DNA of 64,000 nucleotides from positions 480,001 through 544,000 of the forward strand of contig CAWCXJ010000006.1 in NCBI GenBank assembly GCA_963799485.1, in the 5' to 3' direction. Position numbers and translations under genes: made by a program. The stretch is from an uncultured Trueperaceae bacterium. GTDB taxonomy: Bacteria > Deinococcota > Deinococci > Deinococcales > Trueperaceae. The notes beneath the pieces are model-generated. The model made no database searches and was not told where the DNA came from. It saw nothing but the letters and a program-made list of their open reading frames with translations. Below are positions 1-10,620 of the stretch, in pieces. The stretch's first letter is position 1. Every line of letters starts with the position of its first letter.

Positions 1-484
1 GTGGGACCAAGGCGGCGACACTATCGACGACGATGACGTCGACGGCACCCGAACGAACCAGCAACTCGGTAATCTCCAACGCTTGCTCGCCGGTGTCGGG
101 TTGCGAGACCAACAGCTCGTCGGTATCGACGCCCAAGGCTTTGGCGTACCCGGGGTCTAAGGCGTGTTCGGCGTCGACGAAGGCGGCTACGCCACCCGCC
201 CGCTGCGCCTCGGCGATGATATGCAGACTTAGCGTCGTTTTACCGCCGGACTCGGGGCCGTAAACTTCGATGATGCGGCCGCGCGGGACGCCGCCGATAC
301 CGAGTGCCAGATCGACCGACATCGAACCCGTGGAGATAACCCCCTGGGTCAAGATGCCCAAATCGTCGCCCAAACGCATGATCGCGCCTTTGCCGAACTG
401 TTTCTCGATCTGGGTGAGCGTGGTCTCGAGGCTTTTCTGTCTCTGCATATCTTGCTGCGATTCCAATTTTGGTTCCTGTGCCAT
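1..484 (-). CDS. recA: Recombinase RecA, N-terminal part (runs off window start)
   Basis: Minus-strand translation [39 protein letters not shown]...[35 protein letters not shown]...[31 protein letters not shown]; not in ORF track because truncated. Confidence 0.97.
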   Translation of the reverse strand, partial: MAQEPKLESQQDMQRQKSLETTLTQIEKQFGKGAIMRLGDDLGILTQGVISTGSMSVDLALGIGGVPRGRIIEVYGPESGGKTTLSLHIIAEAQRAGGVAAFVDAEHALDPGYAKALGVDTDELLVSQPDTGEQALEITELLVRSGAVDVIVVDSVAALVP

Positions 485-512
485 ATGGCCTCCTAAAAAT
501 CGTGTTGTGCGT

Positions 513-1757
513 TTAAGCGTTAAGCACCGCCCAGAGCAGCGAAAGCGCCGCAAAAGCCGCACGTTCGCGTACCCAGTTGCGCTCCAAAGGCGGAAGCTGC
601 AAGCTCCTCACCCTTGAGCACCCGTCCGAACGACGAAACACCGCAAGATGAAGCTCCCCGACGGGCTTCGCCTCGCTACTGTCCGGCCCGGCTACCCCCG
701 TTGTCGCCAGCCCGTAATCACTTGAAAAACGTGTTGTAGCAGCCTCGGCCATCGCCAGAGCAGTCTCGGCGGAGACCGCGCCGTGCGCCGCTAGAAGCGT
801 TTCAGGCACGCCGAAAGCTGCCTTTTGCTGCGCCCTGTATGCTACCACGCCGCCCTCATACGCTGCCGACGCTCCCGCAACCGACGTAAGCAAATCACCT
901 AAAAGTCCACCGGTTAGAGATTCCATCGTTGCCAGCGTCTGGCCTTTAACTTTCAGTTTGTCCAAAATAACGGCGGCGAGTTCGTCGTCGTCTTCGCCCC
1001 AGAGCTTGTCCTCTATCAGGTTGCGCACCTTGCTCTCGACTTCGGCAGCTCCGGCCTTTGCCGCCTCGGGGGTGTCGGCTTTGGCGGCGACGCGCACCTG
1101 TACACCGTCGCGTTTGGCGTAGGTCGCCACGCTCGGATTGGCTCCGTCGGTCAAGTATCCGAGCCGCTCGGCAACCGCCGACTCACCGATGTTATGCGTC
1201 TTGAAGGTTTTGCTGTATAAGGCGGCAGGGGGCAACTCGAGCCGCCTCGCCGCTTCATTTAGCCACATCGGTTTGAGTTCGCGCGGCGGCCCCGGCAAAG
1301 CAATCATCCATTTACGCGTACCGTTCCTTTGTGTCCGAACAAACCACCCCGGCGCAGTCCCTTGCGGGTTGGGGAGCGCCTCGGCTGAGGGAATGAGCCA
1401 CGCCTGTTTGAGGTTTTTTTCAGGAAACTCGCGCATTCCGTAGGCCATAAAACGTTCACGGAGAACGTTTTCCAGCTCGGCGTCGACCGCAGGCGTCTCG
1501 CCAACGACTGCTGCAATGGCCTCACGGGTCAGGTCGTCGTCGGTCGGGCCTAGACCGCCGCACATAATTACCACGTCGCTGCGTTTTAGAGCTTGCTCGA
1601 GCGCCAGCTCGACCCGTTCCAGATTGTCGCCGACGCGCTGCGACCACAAGATGTCGACGCCCCGCCGGGCCAAATCGGCGGCTAGAAAAGTGCTGTTGGT
1701 ATCGACGATTTCGCCGAGTAAAAGTTCAGTGCCAACGCTTAAGAGTTCTGCAACCAT
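513..1757 (-). CDS. cinA: Competence/damage-inducible protein CinA (MoCF-like domain + NMN deamidase)
   Basis: [40 protein letters not shown] motifs; directly upstream of recA; ATG at 1757 follows TATGCT -10 box. Confidence 0.95.
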   Translation of the reverse strand: MVAELLSVGTELLLGEIVDTNSTFLAADLARRGVDILWSQRVGDNLERVELALEQALKRSDVVIMCGGLGPTDDDLTREAIAAVVGETPAVDAELENVLRERFMAYGMREFPEKNLKQAWLIPSAEALPNPQGTAPGWFVRTQRNGTRKWMIALPGPPRELKPMWLNEAARRLELPPAALYSKTFKTHNIGESAVAERLGYLTDGANPSVATYAKRDGVQVRVAAKADTPEAAKAGAAEVESKVRNLIEDKLWGEDDDELAAVILDKLKVKGQTLATMESLTGGLLGDLLTSVAGASAAYEGGVVAYRAQQKAAFGVPETLLAAHGAVSAETALAMAEAATTRFSSDYGLATTGVAGPDSSEAKPVGELHLAVFRRSDGCSRVRSLQLPPLERNWVRERAAFAALSLLWAVLNA

Positions 1758-1975
1758 GCAGCCCAGCATACAGGCGTCGTTAGCGTTTAGGCGCGCGCCA
1801 CCTTGCCAAAAGTTTGCCTTACCGGGGGTGCTTTGGCGGGCAACTCGCGCGTCTCGAGGCTGACTGGGGCAATTGCGGCTCCCCCATACATAAAGCTCCG
1901 GGAGTGCGGTGCTACCATAGCGTTAGTGACTTTAGTGCTACCCTCAAAACCCTCTTATCACAGTTTGGGAGACCT

Positions 1976-3418
1976 ATGACTGCAACAAAGGTAACAACTT
2001 TAGGTGAACTCCGCGCGACCCCCTGGGCAACCCGGGCGGGCCGCAGCGTCAAACAAGAACTCCGCGACAACCTCATCTGCCGTTTGCGCGAACATCGCCC
2101 GATATTTCCCGGCATCGTCGGTTACGAATCGACCGTAACGCCGCAAGTCGTCAACGCCGTTTTAAGCCGTCACAACTTTATCTTGCTGGGGCTGCGCGGT
2201 CAGGCCAAAACCCGCATTTTGCGGCAACTTACCGATCTGCTCGACCCCGAAATCCCGGTTTTAGCCGACAGTGAACTTAACGACGACCCTTTTGCCCCTA
2301 TCAGCGGCGAGGGCAAACGCCTCGTTGCCGAGCAAGGCGACGACGCCCGTGTCGCGTGGCTTCCCAAAGACGCCCGTTACGTCGAAAAACTGGCGACGCC
2401 GGATGTGACGGTCGCCGACATCATAGGTGACGTCGACCCGATCAAGGCCGCCAAACTCGGTGTACCGCTAGGGGACGAGCGCAGCATCTTGTACGGGCTG
2501 TTGCCACGTGCAAACCGGGGCATTTTCTCGATGAACGAGCTTCCCGACCTTTCCGGTAAGGTGCAGGTCGCCTTGTTTAACATCATGCAAGAGGGCGACG
2601 TGCAGATTAAGGGCTATCCGATCCGTTTGCCGCTCGACGTGATGCTGGTGTTTTCGGCAAACCCCGAAGACTACACGGCTAGGGGCAAAATCATCACGCC
2701 ACTTAAAGACCGCGTAGGTTCCGAAGTTCGGACGCACTACCCGGCAACTGTCGAAGAAGGCATGGCGATTACCGCGCAAGAAGCGTGGACCGACCGCGAG
2801 CAAGCGGTCAACGTTCCTGACTTTATCGCTGAAATTGCCGAAGAGGTCGCGTTTGTGGCCCGTGACGACTCCCGGGTGGACAAGCACTCGGGCGTTTCGC
2901 AGCGTCTGCCGATCAGTTTGTTGGAAAACATCGTCAGCAACGCCGAACGCCGCGCCTACACGCTGGGCGAAGACCAGCCGATTGCCCGCGTGACCGATCT
3001 TTACGGCGCGCTCGGGGCCGTGACAGGCAAGCTCGAGCTCGAGTACGAAGGTGAACTCAAAGGCGGCGAAGCGGTCGCTCGTGACATCGTGCGCCGCGCT
3101 ATCGGGCAGGTCTACAGCCGCCGCGCCGTAAACGCCGAAACTGCCGAAATTACCGACTATTTCGAGTCGGACAACAACCTCAAAGTTCCCGACACCGTGC
3201 CGACCGCGCAGCTCGTGAACGTTTTCGGGCAGGTACCGGGTCTCGTCGGCGCGGCCCGCGAACTCTCCGGCAGCCGTAACCCGCAAGACGTGGCGGTCGC
3301 TGCCGAGTTTATCTTGGAGGGTTTATACGCCCGCAAACAGGTCGCAAGAAGCGAGGAGCGCGGTTACAGCGCCGCCGAACCCGAGCTGGCGCGCCCGACC
3401 AGGCAGCGCTGGAATTAA
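1976..3418 (+). CDS. ChlI/MoxR-like AAA+ ATPase (magnesium chelatase-like family)
   Basis: Walker A variant [57 protein letters not shown]; paired with VWA gene. Confidence 0.85.
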   Translation: MTATKVTTLGELRATPWATRAGRSVKQELRDNLICRLREHRPIFPGIVGYESTVTPQVVNAVLSRHNFILLGLRGQAKTRILRQLTDLLDPEIPVLADSELNDDPFAPISGEGKRLVAEQGDDARVAWLPKDARYVEKLATPDVTVADIIGDVDPIKAAKLGVPLGDERSILYGLLPRANRGIFSMNELPDLSGKVQVALFNIMQEGDVQIKGYPIRLPLDVMLVFSANPEDYTARGKIITPLKDRVGSEVRTHYPATVEEGMAITAQEAWTDREQAVNVPDFIAEIAEEVAFVARDDSRVDKHSGVSQRLPISLLENIVSNAERRAYTLGEDQPIARVTDLYGALGAVTGKLELEYEGELKGGEAVARDIVRRAIGQVYSRRAVNAETAEITDYFESDNNLKVPDTVPTAQLVNVFGQVPGLVGAARELSGSRNPQDVAVAAEFILEGLYARKQVARSEERGYSAAEPELARPTRQRWN

Positions 3419-3419
3419 G

Positions 3420-3890
3420 GTGGAACTGGAACCTGCCGTCAAAAAAGGGCTGAGTGGCGCGTTCAGCACGTATGCTGGTCGTATGCATCAGCTTGCAGAG
3501 ATGCTCTCTGACGAGCAGTTTTGGACTAGACCCTATCCGTATGGCAACAGCTTCGGGCATTTAGTTCTCCACCTGCCCGGCAATCTAAACGAGTACCTTG
3601 GTAAAAAGATTGCCGGAACGGGTTACGTGCGCGACCGCGAACGCAAGTTTACAGATACAACAAGACCAGCCAAAGAAGACGTGCTTGCAGCCTTTAACCC
3701 TACTGTTGAGATGATTTTGGCGACGCTCGAGGCTCAAACAGCTGAAACTATGGGTTTGCTACCCGCCGACACCGAAGGTGAACATTTCAGTAATCGTAGC
3801 CGCTTCAGCGCTTTCCTTCACTGCGTGTCACACCTTCACGTCGGTCAGATGATCTGCCTCGAGAAAGAACTGCAAAGGAGCGCCAGCTAG
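3420..3890 (+). CDS. DinB/YfiT-like metal-dependent four-helix-bundle protein
   Basis: [10 protein letters not shown]...RDRERKF...H.HVGQM pattern typical of DinB/DUF1572; C-terminal His motif looks shortened. Confidence 0.7.
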   Translation: MELEPAVKKGLSGAFSTYAGRMHQLAEMLSDEQFWTRPYPYGNSFGHLVLHLPGNLNEYLGKKIAGTGYVRDRERKFTDTTRPAKEDVLAAFNPTVEMILATLEAQTAETMGLLPADTEGEHFSNRSRFSAFLHCVSHLHVGQMICLEKELQRSAS

Positions 3891-3912
3891 GAGAATATCT
3901 CCAAGGAGAGCT

Positions 3913-5169
3913 ATGCCTACGACCCGCTACAGCAAATACGAAGCGACCCTAGACGACCTCGACATGAGCGAGCTGATGAAGATGCTCCAAGACCGGCTGA
4001 TGGAATCGGGCTATCAGCGCAACCCCTGGGATCCCGACCCGAACTATCAGCAGTCGATGCAAGACCTTTACGACGCCATCGCCGAAGCGCTGATCAACAA
4101 CGAACTCGTCAGCGACGAGATGATCGAGCAGGCGATGAACGCCGAAAACTGGATGGATTCGAAACTCGGCGAGGCCGTAAAAGAACTCGCGCAGCGGCTC
4201 GAGCGCGAGGGTTATCTCAAACCGAGTGACGGCGACAGCGAAGAGCGCGACCCGAACAACCCCGGACAGGGCGGTCAAGGCCCCGACCGCGACCCCGGTC
4301 AAGTCAAGTTCGAGCTGACCAATAAAGCCATCGACTTTTTGGGTTACCGCACCCTCAAAGACGTGCTCGGCGGCGCGGGCCGTTCGTCGGTCGGCGCGCA
4401 CGAGACGAAGTTTCAAACGACCGGCGTCGAATCGTCGGCGGAGTCCAAACCTTATGAGTTCGGCGACACCATCAACATGGACGTGGGGGCAACCTTCAAA
4501 AATTCTGCCAAACACGGGCTGAACGCTGACGGTAGTTTCGATTTGCAGTACGGCGACCTCGAGGTCGTCCAGACCGAATACAACTCGTCGGCGGCGACCG
4601 TGGTGTTACTTGACTGCTCGCACTCGATGATCCTTTACGGCGAAGACCGTTTTACGCCCGCCAAACAAGTTGCCCTGGCTTTAGCCCACCTCATTCAAAC
4701 GCAGTACCGCGGCGATACGATTCAGTTTGCCTTGTTTCACAACTCTGCTGAAGAGCTGCCGCTCGCCAAACTCGCGCAGGCGCAGGTCGGGCCGTATCAC
4801 ACGAACACCGCCGAGGGTTTGCGTTTGGCGCAAAAGATGCTCAAACGGCAGAACAAGGACATGAAGCAGATCGTGATGATTACCGACGGTAAACCCTCGG
4901 CGATTACGCTTCCGAACGGGCGCGTTTATAAGAACGCTTACGGTCTCGACCCGATGGTGTTGGGCGAAACGCTCCGCGAAGTCGGCAACTGCCGCCGTCA
5001 GGGGATTCAGATCAACACCTTTATGTTGGCCCGCGACCCTGAACTTATCGCTTTCGTGCAGCGCGTTTCGGCAATGACGCAGGGCAAAGCGTACTTTACG
5101 ACGCCGCACACGATTGGGCGCTACGTCTTGCAAGATTTTCAGTCGAAGCGGACGAAAACGGTCAACTGA
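3913..5169 (+). CDS. von Willebrand factor A domain protein, partner of the AAA+ ATPase
   Basis: MIDAS motif [29 protein letters not shown] region. Confidence 0.88.
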   Translation: MPTTRYSKYEATLDDLDMSELMKMLQDRLMESGYQRNPWDPDPNYQQSMQDLYDAIAEALINNELVSDEMIEQAMNAENWMDSKLGEAVKELAQRLEREGYLKPSDGDSEERDPNNPGQGGQGPDRDPGQVKFELTNKAIDFLGYRTLKDVLGGAGRSSVGAHETKFQTTGVESSAESKPYEFGDTINMDVGATFKNSAKHGLNADGSFDLQYGDLEVVQTEYNSSAATVVLLDCSHSMILYGEDRFTPAKQVALALAHLIQTQYRGDTIQFALFHNSAEELPLAKLAQAQVGPYHTNTAEGLRLAQKMLKRQNKDMKQIVMITDGKPSAITLPNGRVYKNAYGLDPMVLGETLREVGNCRRQGIQINTFMLARDPELIAFVQRVSAMTQGKAYFTTPHTIGRYVLQDFQSKRTKTVN

Positions 5170-5493
5170 TAAGGTATCGGATTAAAGTCTTGCGGTCTCA
5201 CGGGTTTACAGACAAGGAGCCGCAAAACTTTTTTGACTCGAGCCGAGCTAGATCAAGGCCGCACTTGTCGTGCAAACGGGTTCGCGCAGCGCGTGCAACG
5301 ACCCGCGCAGACCGCAAGCAAACTCGGCTTTTGTCCGCCCGTCACCGACGCGGCTGGTAGCTGGGTTCTATAATTGTTTTGCGGACATACCTTGGCCGGT
5401 TGCGCCGCTTCAACGCTCCGTGGGTGGGGACCTGCGGAGTATTTTTCTGCGTATTTTTCTGCTCCCCGCTCCAGGCTGTTTTATGCTGGAGCC

Positions 5494-5817
5494 ATGAACC
5501 GTATCGGCTTTACCCTGCAAGTTCACCCGGAAAAGATTGCAGCGTACAAACGTCATCACCAGGACGTATGGCCTGAGATGCGCGCCGCGCTGACCCAGGC
5601 GGGGTGGCACAACTACTCGCTCTTTATCCGCCCGGACGGGCTTTTGTTCGGTTATTTCGAAACGCCCGGCACACTTGCCGAGGCGCAGGCAAAGATGGCA
5701 GACAGTGAGGTCAACGCCCGTTGGCAGGCGCTGATGGCTCCTTTTTTCGAGCTGCCGGACAGGGCCAAAGCAGATGAGATGATGCGCGAACTCGAGCCCG
5801 TCTTTTACCTGCCCTAA
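5494..5817 (+). CDS. rhaM: L-rhamnose mutarotase family protein
   Basis: YKRHHQDVWPEM...GWHNYSLF...VNARWQALM signature. Confidence 0.85.
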   Translation: MNRIGFTLQVHPEKIAAYKRHHQDVWPEMRAALTQAGWHNYSLFIRPDGLLFGYFETPGTLAEAQAKMADSEVNARWQALMAPFFELPDRAKADEMMRELEPVFYLP

Positions 5818-5877
5818 AGCGTAAAAATTGCGTTCAGCAAACCTGTTCTGCGGTACGATAGCCTTGAGGAGGACGAC

Positions 5878-5976
5878 ATGACGAGTATCAGCACCCTGTT
5901 TGTTATCGTAATAGTCATCGGCTTGTTCGGGTGTGTGCCGCTTTTAGGCGCGCTTTTACCCCGCGACGACGACTAG
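5878..5976 (+). CDS. Putative 32-aa single-pass membrane microprotein
   Basis: RBS GAGGAGG then MTSISTLFVIVIVIGLFGCVPLLGALLPRDDD*; below ORF-track length cutoff. Confidence 0.55.
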   Translation: MTSISTLFVIVIVIGLFGCVPLLGALLPRDDD

Positions 5977-6347
5977 CGTTCAGGTTCGTTGGGGTTTCTG
6001 ACCAGATACCGCGTCCCGCTGACGACGAGTTGTGCGTGGTCACCGGGGCGCGCGTTTGCCGGTCCGTCCGGGCTCAGCACGTCGTAAAGCCGTCCTGTTT
6101 TGACCGACGCCCACTCCTGCCGCTCGGGTGTGACGAGTTTACATACGACGATAACACCTTCTCGAGCGTTGCGTCTGGGGCTGTATTCGGGTAGGTCTAG
6201 GGGCGGGTTCGGCGCAGCGTATTCGTTACGCTGCCGACGCCGCAGAAACCAAAAGCTTATGGCGGCGACGAGTACCCCAATGATGACTTCTTGGGTGACC
6301 AGATAGGCCGCTACGCCCAGCACCAGCGCAATGAACGGCCCTTTCAC
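5973..6347 (-). CDS. Hypothetical membrane protein
   Basis: Two N-terminal hydrophobic helices; GTG start overlaps nfo stop (GTGA). Confidence 0.7.
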   Translation of the reverse strand: MKGPFIALVLGVAAYLVTQEVIIGVLVAAISFWFLRRRQRNEYAAPNPPLDLPEYSPRRNAREGVIVVCKLVTPERQEWASVKTGRLYDVLSPDGPANARPGDHAQLVVSGTRYLVRNPNEPER

Positions 6348-7195
6348 ACGAGCGCCGCGCGCAGCCTTGTAAGGTCGCGCGCATGACCCAGCCCGTCGTC
6401 GCCTGTGGGGGTCTCGAGTAGCATCGGCATTTCAGCAAAGCGCTCGTCGGCAGCGAGCCGGACAAACGTCTCCAGCCCGATTTCACCCTCGCCCAAGTTG
6501 GCGTGCCGGTCGCGCCGCGCGCCGCGCGGATAACGCGAATCATTGAGGTGAAAACAGCCGATGCGTTCGGGGCCAAGCTGCGCCGCTGCGTCGTCCAGAA
6601 ATTCTGCCAAGCCGGTTTTGGTCTGCAGCGGATAGCCCGCGGCGAACGCGTGGCAGGTATCCAGACACACCCCGAGACGTGCGGGATACTCACTCAGCGA
6701 GATGATGTGGCGCAACTCTGCCAACCTGCTGCCGAGGGTCGTACCCTGTCCGGCAGTGTTCTCGAGCAAAACCGGAATCTTATTTTCGGGCCCCAGGTCG
6801 GCAAATACCGTATCCAGTGAGCGGGCGACCGCCGCCAAACCCGCTTCGACGCCCGCGCCCAAGTGTGCTCCGGGATGGACGACCAGACCTTCAACGCCGA
6901 GTTCATGACACCGCGCGAGTTCATCTTTGAGGGCGGCTCGAGACTTCTGCAGCGTTTCCGGATTGGTAGCTGAAAGGTTGATAAGGTAAGACGCGTGCGC
7001 GGTAACAGGCGGGTCGCCGTGTGCGGCTCGAGCCTCCTCGTACTTTGCACGCTCCACCTCGCTCAGTGGTTTGGCTGCCCAACGGTTGGCGTTTTTGACG
7101 AAAACCTGGAGCGCGTCGCAGCCTACGGCTGCCGCGTTGCCGAAAGCTTTTGCCACGCCGCCTGTGGTGGGTACGTGTGCGCCGAGCAGCGCCAT
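6344..7195 (-). CDS. nfo: Endonuclease IV (AP endonuclease family 2)
   Basis: LLGAHV, HASYLINL, HPGAH, LLENTAGQG, CLDTCHAFAAG, HLNDS, DRHANLGEG, LETP. Confidence 0.95.
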   Translation of the reverse strand: MALLGAHVPTTGGVAKAFGNAAAVGCDALQVFVKNANRWAAKPLSEVERAKYEEARAAHGDPPVTAHASYLINLSATNPETLQKSRAALKDELARCHELGVEGLVVHPGAHLGAGVEAGLAAVARSLDTVFADLGPENKIPVLLENTAGQGTTLGSRLAELRHIISLSEYPARLGVCLDTCHAFAAGYPLQTKTGLAEFLDDAAAQLGPERIGCFHLNDSRYPRGARRDRHANLGEGEIGLETFVRLAADERFAEMPMLLETPTGDDGLGHARDLTRLRAALV

Positions 7196-7509
7196 GCTAA
7201 AGGACTCCGCGCCGGCACTGAGGCAACGCGAACGCGTGAGCGCCAGTGCTGGGAACCGTGATACTGCTGCCGGTCAGCAGTCCTGTGAGGTAAACCAAAA
7301 GGTAGCGCGGTACACGGGTAAGAAGGTAGGCGGAAGACGACATATCGGTTTGTACCGCACATGCACCCCTGAGAATGTCGCCTCGAGCGTCCCGGTAGCC
7401 GGTGTCAACTGCCGGACGTCACGCCGATAAATTCGCGGTAGACTTAAAGCCTTGCTTTCTTTACAAGGTCAAAGCGTGCGACTTGGCTGAGAGTTAGCTG
7501 AAAGGCACC

Positions 7510-8826
7510 ATGACACAAACCTCAACGAAACAAGCTTCAACAGAGCAACTCTCGACTTTCGACTTCGGGTTCGACCCCCGCCTCTTGGCAGGCGTAAACG
7601 CTGCGGGCTACCGTAAACCGACGCCGATTCAGGCGCAGGCTATTCCTGCAGCTTTGGCGGGCCGGGATATCTTGGGCCTCGCGCAAACAGGGACAGGCAA
7701 GACGGCGGCGTTTGTTTTGCCGCTTCTCCACCGGCTCGTCGGTGGCCCACGCGGACAGGTTCGGGCGCTGATTGTCGCGCCGACCCGTGAACTCGCCGAA
7801 CAGATTCACAGCGACGTCAAAATACTTGCAGCGGGGACAAAACTGCGGAGCGCGACGGTTTACGGCGGCGTCGGGATGAATCCGCAGGCGCAAGCCTTGC
7901 GCGGCGGAGCCGACATCATCGTCGCGTGTCCGGGACGGCTTTTAGATCACCTCGAGCGCGGTACCGGAACACTCGCCAACATAGAAACCCTCGTGCTAGA
8001 CGAAGCCGACCAGATGTTCGATATGGGTTTTTTGCCTGCGATTCGCGCGCTTGTCAAGCGCGTTCCAAAACGCGCACAAAAGATGCTTTTTTCTGCGACG
8101 ATGCCCCGCGACCTGCGCGCCCTCGCCGAGTCGGTGCTAAGCGACCCTGTGACCGTCGAAATCGGTCGCGCCGCCCCCGCCGAAACGGTCTCGCACGCGC
8201 TCTATCCTGTTCCCCGGCAGCAGAAAACCGAACTACTCAAACACCTTTTGCGCCACACCGACACGCGTTCGGCGCTCGTTTTTACCCGCACCAAGCATGG
8301 AGCCAAAAGGCTTGCCGAACAGCTGGACCGCGATAACTTTTTTGCCACCTCGCTCCAGGGTAATCTGTCGCAAAACAAACGGCAGCGCGCGTTAGACGAT
8401 TTTCGTTCCGGCAACGTCCATGTTCTCGTCGCCACCGACATCGCAGCGCGCGGTATCGACGTGACGGGCGTGTCGCACGTCATCAACTACGACGTGCCGA
8501 TGACCGCCGAAGCGTATACCCACCGTTTGGGCCGAACCGGACGGGCCGAGCGGAGCGGCGCAGCGGTGACGTTTGTCACGGCTGATGATGACAAGGCCGT
8601 CCGCACGATTGAACGGGAGTTGGGGCGGCTCGAGCGCGTCACCCTCAAGAGTTTCAGCTACGACGAAGCGACCACTTCTGCTGATTCGGGGCGGCAACAA
8701 AGTAGGCGGGGTCAGGGTACAAGTACACAGCGCAGCGGCGCACCCAAGCCGGGTACGCCGAACCGTAACGCGCGTAGAGGCGGCCCGTCCTCGAGCAAAC
8801 GGGGTTCCTCAGGGCGGTCGAAGTAG
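7510..8826 (+). CDS. DEAD-box RNA helicase (RhlE-like)
   Basis: PTPIQ, AQTGTGKT, PTRELA, DEAD, SAT, ARGID, HRLGRTGR; basic disordered tail. Confidence 0.95.
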   Translation: MTQTSTKQASTEQLSTFDFGFDPRLLAGVNAAGYRKPTPIQAQAIPAALAGRDILGLAQTGTGKTAAFVLPLLHRLVGGPRGQVRALIVAPTRELAEQIHSDVKILAAGTKLRSATVYGGVGMNPQAQALRGGADIIVACPGRLLDHLERGTGTLANIETLVLDEADQMFDMGFLPAIRALVKRVPKRAQKMLFSATMPRDLRALAESVLSDPVTVEIGRAAPAETVSHALYPVPRQQKTELLKHLLRHTDTRSALVFTRTKHGAKRLAEQLDRDNFFATSLQGNLSQNKRQRALDDFRSGNVHVLVATDIAARGIDVTGVSHVINYDVPMTAEAYTHRLGRTGRAERSGAAVTFVTADDDKAVRTIERELGRLERVTLKSFSYDEATTSADSGRQQSRRGQGTSTQRSGAPKPGTPNRNARRGGPSSSKRGSSGRSK

Positions 8827-8829
8827 ACA

Positions 8830-9525
8830 TTACTCGCTGTCTATAGTGTCTCCGGCTATGTTACCGTCTGAACGTTCAACCTCTACCTCCTCACGCCTGA
8901 GCGTCACCTGCTGCTGCTCGTGACGTTCAGTGCGCCGCGTCGTAATCCGCACCTCTTCGACGAGCATAAGTTGTTTGGTTACGACCAGGACTTCTTCGTA
9001 GAGCGGGATAACCATCGTGTCGCCTTCGTTGCGGGGCAGCGCGGCTTCATCTACCTTGCGGCCTATTTTAATTCGTTCAACCTCGAGGCGTTCTTGAGCG
9101 AGCGGCGCGTCGACAGTTTCGGTGCGTTCCGTAACGTACTTGCGGAGCTGAACCCGGTTGCGCTCTACACGGCGTTTGCCGACCTTTAAGGTTTCCTCGA
9201 CCAGCGGGATGACGGTGTCGCCGGTTTCAGGCGCACCTTCGGTCGTTTGAGTATCGCCCTGGGGCTCTGCTATTCCTGAAGCTGCCAAGTCTGTTTCCAG
9301 CTCGGTCTGCGCCGCGTATTCGCGCAGCTTCAGCCGGAGGTCGTAACGTCCGTCGGCCCTCGGCACCAGCAGTTCAGCCGGTACGAGAAACTGGGCCCCG
9401 TCTTCCAGGTGCAGGAGAATTTGGTTTTCACCTACGCCTTCACCTACGTCGGCGTCTACGGACTCGAGTCGGGCGTTAAAGGCCAGGCCTTCGGCGTCGA
9501 CAACGACTGCATCTGTTTTACTCAT
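8830..9525 (-). CDS. YsnF/AvaK (DUF2382) domain stress protein
   Basis: IPLVEETLKVGKRRVE...IPLYEEVLVVTKQLMLVEEVRI. Confidence 0.85.
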   Translation of the reverse strand: MSKTDAVVVDAEGLAFNARLESVDADVGEGVGENQILLHLEDGAQFLVPAELLVPRADGRYDLRLKLREYAAQTELETDLAASGIAEPQGDTQTTEGAPETGDTVIPLVEETLKVGKRRVERNRVQLRKYVTERTETVDAPLAQERLEVERIKIGRKVDEAALPRNEGDTMVIPLYEEVLVVTKQLMLVEEVRITTRRTERHEQQQVTLRREEVEVERSDGNIAGDTIDSE

Positions 9526-9599
9526 ATATTTCTCCCGGTACTGCTAAAAATCTGCTCCTAGCGCGTGTCTAGGAGCATCGGTTGATTTGCGTTACAAAC

Positions 9600-10469
9600 T
9601 CAGCTCTTTCCGCGTAACCTGTCCCACGCATTTTTGACGCTGCCCTGCGCTTCTTCCCAACTGCTTTTGTCCTTGTTGTTGCGCTCCCAGTCGCTGCGCG
9701 CTTTGCCCTCGACCTCGTGCCACTCGCTGTCTTTATACTGCGGGTCCGAAGCTAACGATTCACCGTAGCGCGACCCGAGTTCTTCGACTTCGACGTCGGC
9801 GCGGCGTACCGTATCACGCACCGTTTCGGTTCGGTTTTCAACCTCTTTGCCGACGACGACCTCTTCGACGACGCGGGCTTCTTTAGCGACCATGGCCTCT
9901 TCGTCGGTTTCGGTGAATTCGATGGTTTTTTCGGTAAAGAGGTCGGCCGTATCGTTGACCCCACGGTCGACTTTCTGCCGGTCGACGTGAATGGTTTCGT
10001 CGCGGAGCGTCACCTGCGCTTCGACGTCGCGTTCGGACACGACCCGTTTGACCCGTACCCCACCACGCTCGACCGTGCGCTTGCCGACCTGGAGCTGTTC
10101 CTCGACGACCTCGAGCCGCTGCTCGCCGCTCGGGTCTGTCTTTGTGCTGGAGGTCTGCGTATCCCCCGACGCGTACTGTGCGTCGCTACTAGCTGCTGAG
10201 GTGTAGTAGCGGTTCATAATCGCGACGGCCTCGTCGGTTCGGTCGTCTTCAGCCTGAACGACGACAAGCGCACCGTCTTGCGTCACGCCCTCGGCGTAGT
10301 CGTGCGCGTCGTCCGGTTCGACACCTGCATCTTTGAGCTGAGACTCGAGGTTGCTGCTGTCACCGTTGTAACGGGTGACGGCGCTGCTGCTAAAACCGCT
10401 GTTGGTAAGGTCGTTGACTACCTCGTCGGCCACGCCGACACTTTCAAATACACCGATGACATTGTTCAT
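9600..10469 (-). CDS. YsnF/AvaK (DUF2382) domain stress protein
   Basis: EEQLQVGKRTVERGGVRV...EEAMVAKEARVVEEVVVGKE; N-terminal general-stress-protein-like domain. Confidence 0.88.
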   Translation of the reverse strand: MNNVIGVFESVGVADEVVNDLTNSGFSSSAVTRYNGDSSNLESQLKDAGVEPDDAHDYAEGVTQDGALVVVQAEDDRTDEAVAIMNRYYTSAASSDAQYASGDTQTSSTKTDPSGEQRLEVVEEQLQVGKRTVERGGVRVKRVVSERDVEAQVTLRDETIHVDRQKVDRGVNDTADLFTEKTIEFTETDEEAMVAKEARVVEEVVVGKEVENRTETVRDTVRRADVEVEELGSRYGESLASDPQYKDSEWHEVEGKARSDWERNNKDKSSWEEAQGSVKNAWDRLRGKS

Positions 10470-10620
10470 CTGCTTCTCCTTTAACTAAACTGAACTGCCC
10501 GGTTTTAGGTAACCGGGCACGTTTGGGAATTTTGAGGTTTACTCTAACCGGGTACGCCCCGAACAAAAATGTAGTTGTGTGACAACGTAAAAGGCTGGTG
10601 GCTCGCCTTGAAGCCGACCT

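Noticed and set aside
7200..7509. Riboswitch or ncRNA before the DEAD-box helicase
   Set aside because: Long leader with weak stems but no family consensus recognisable by eye; it needs an Rfam search.
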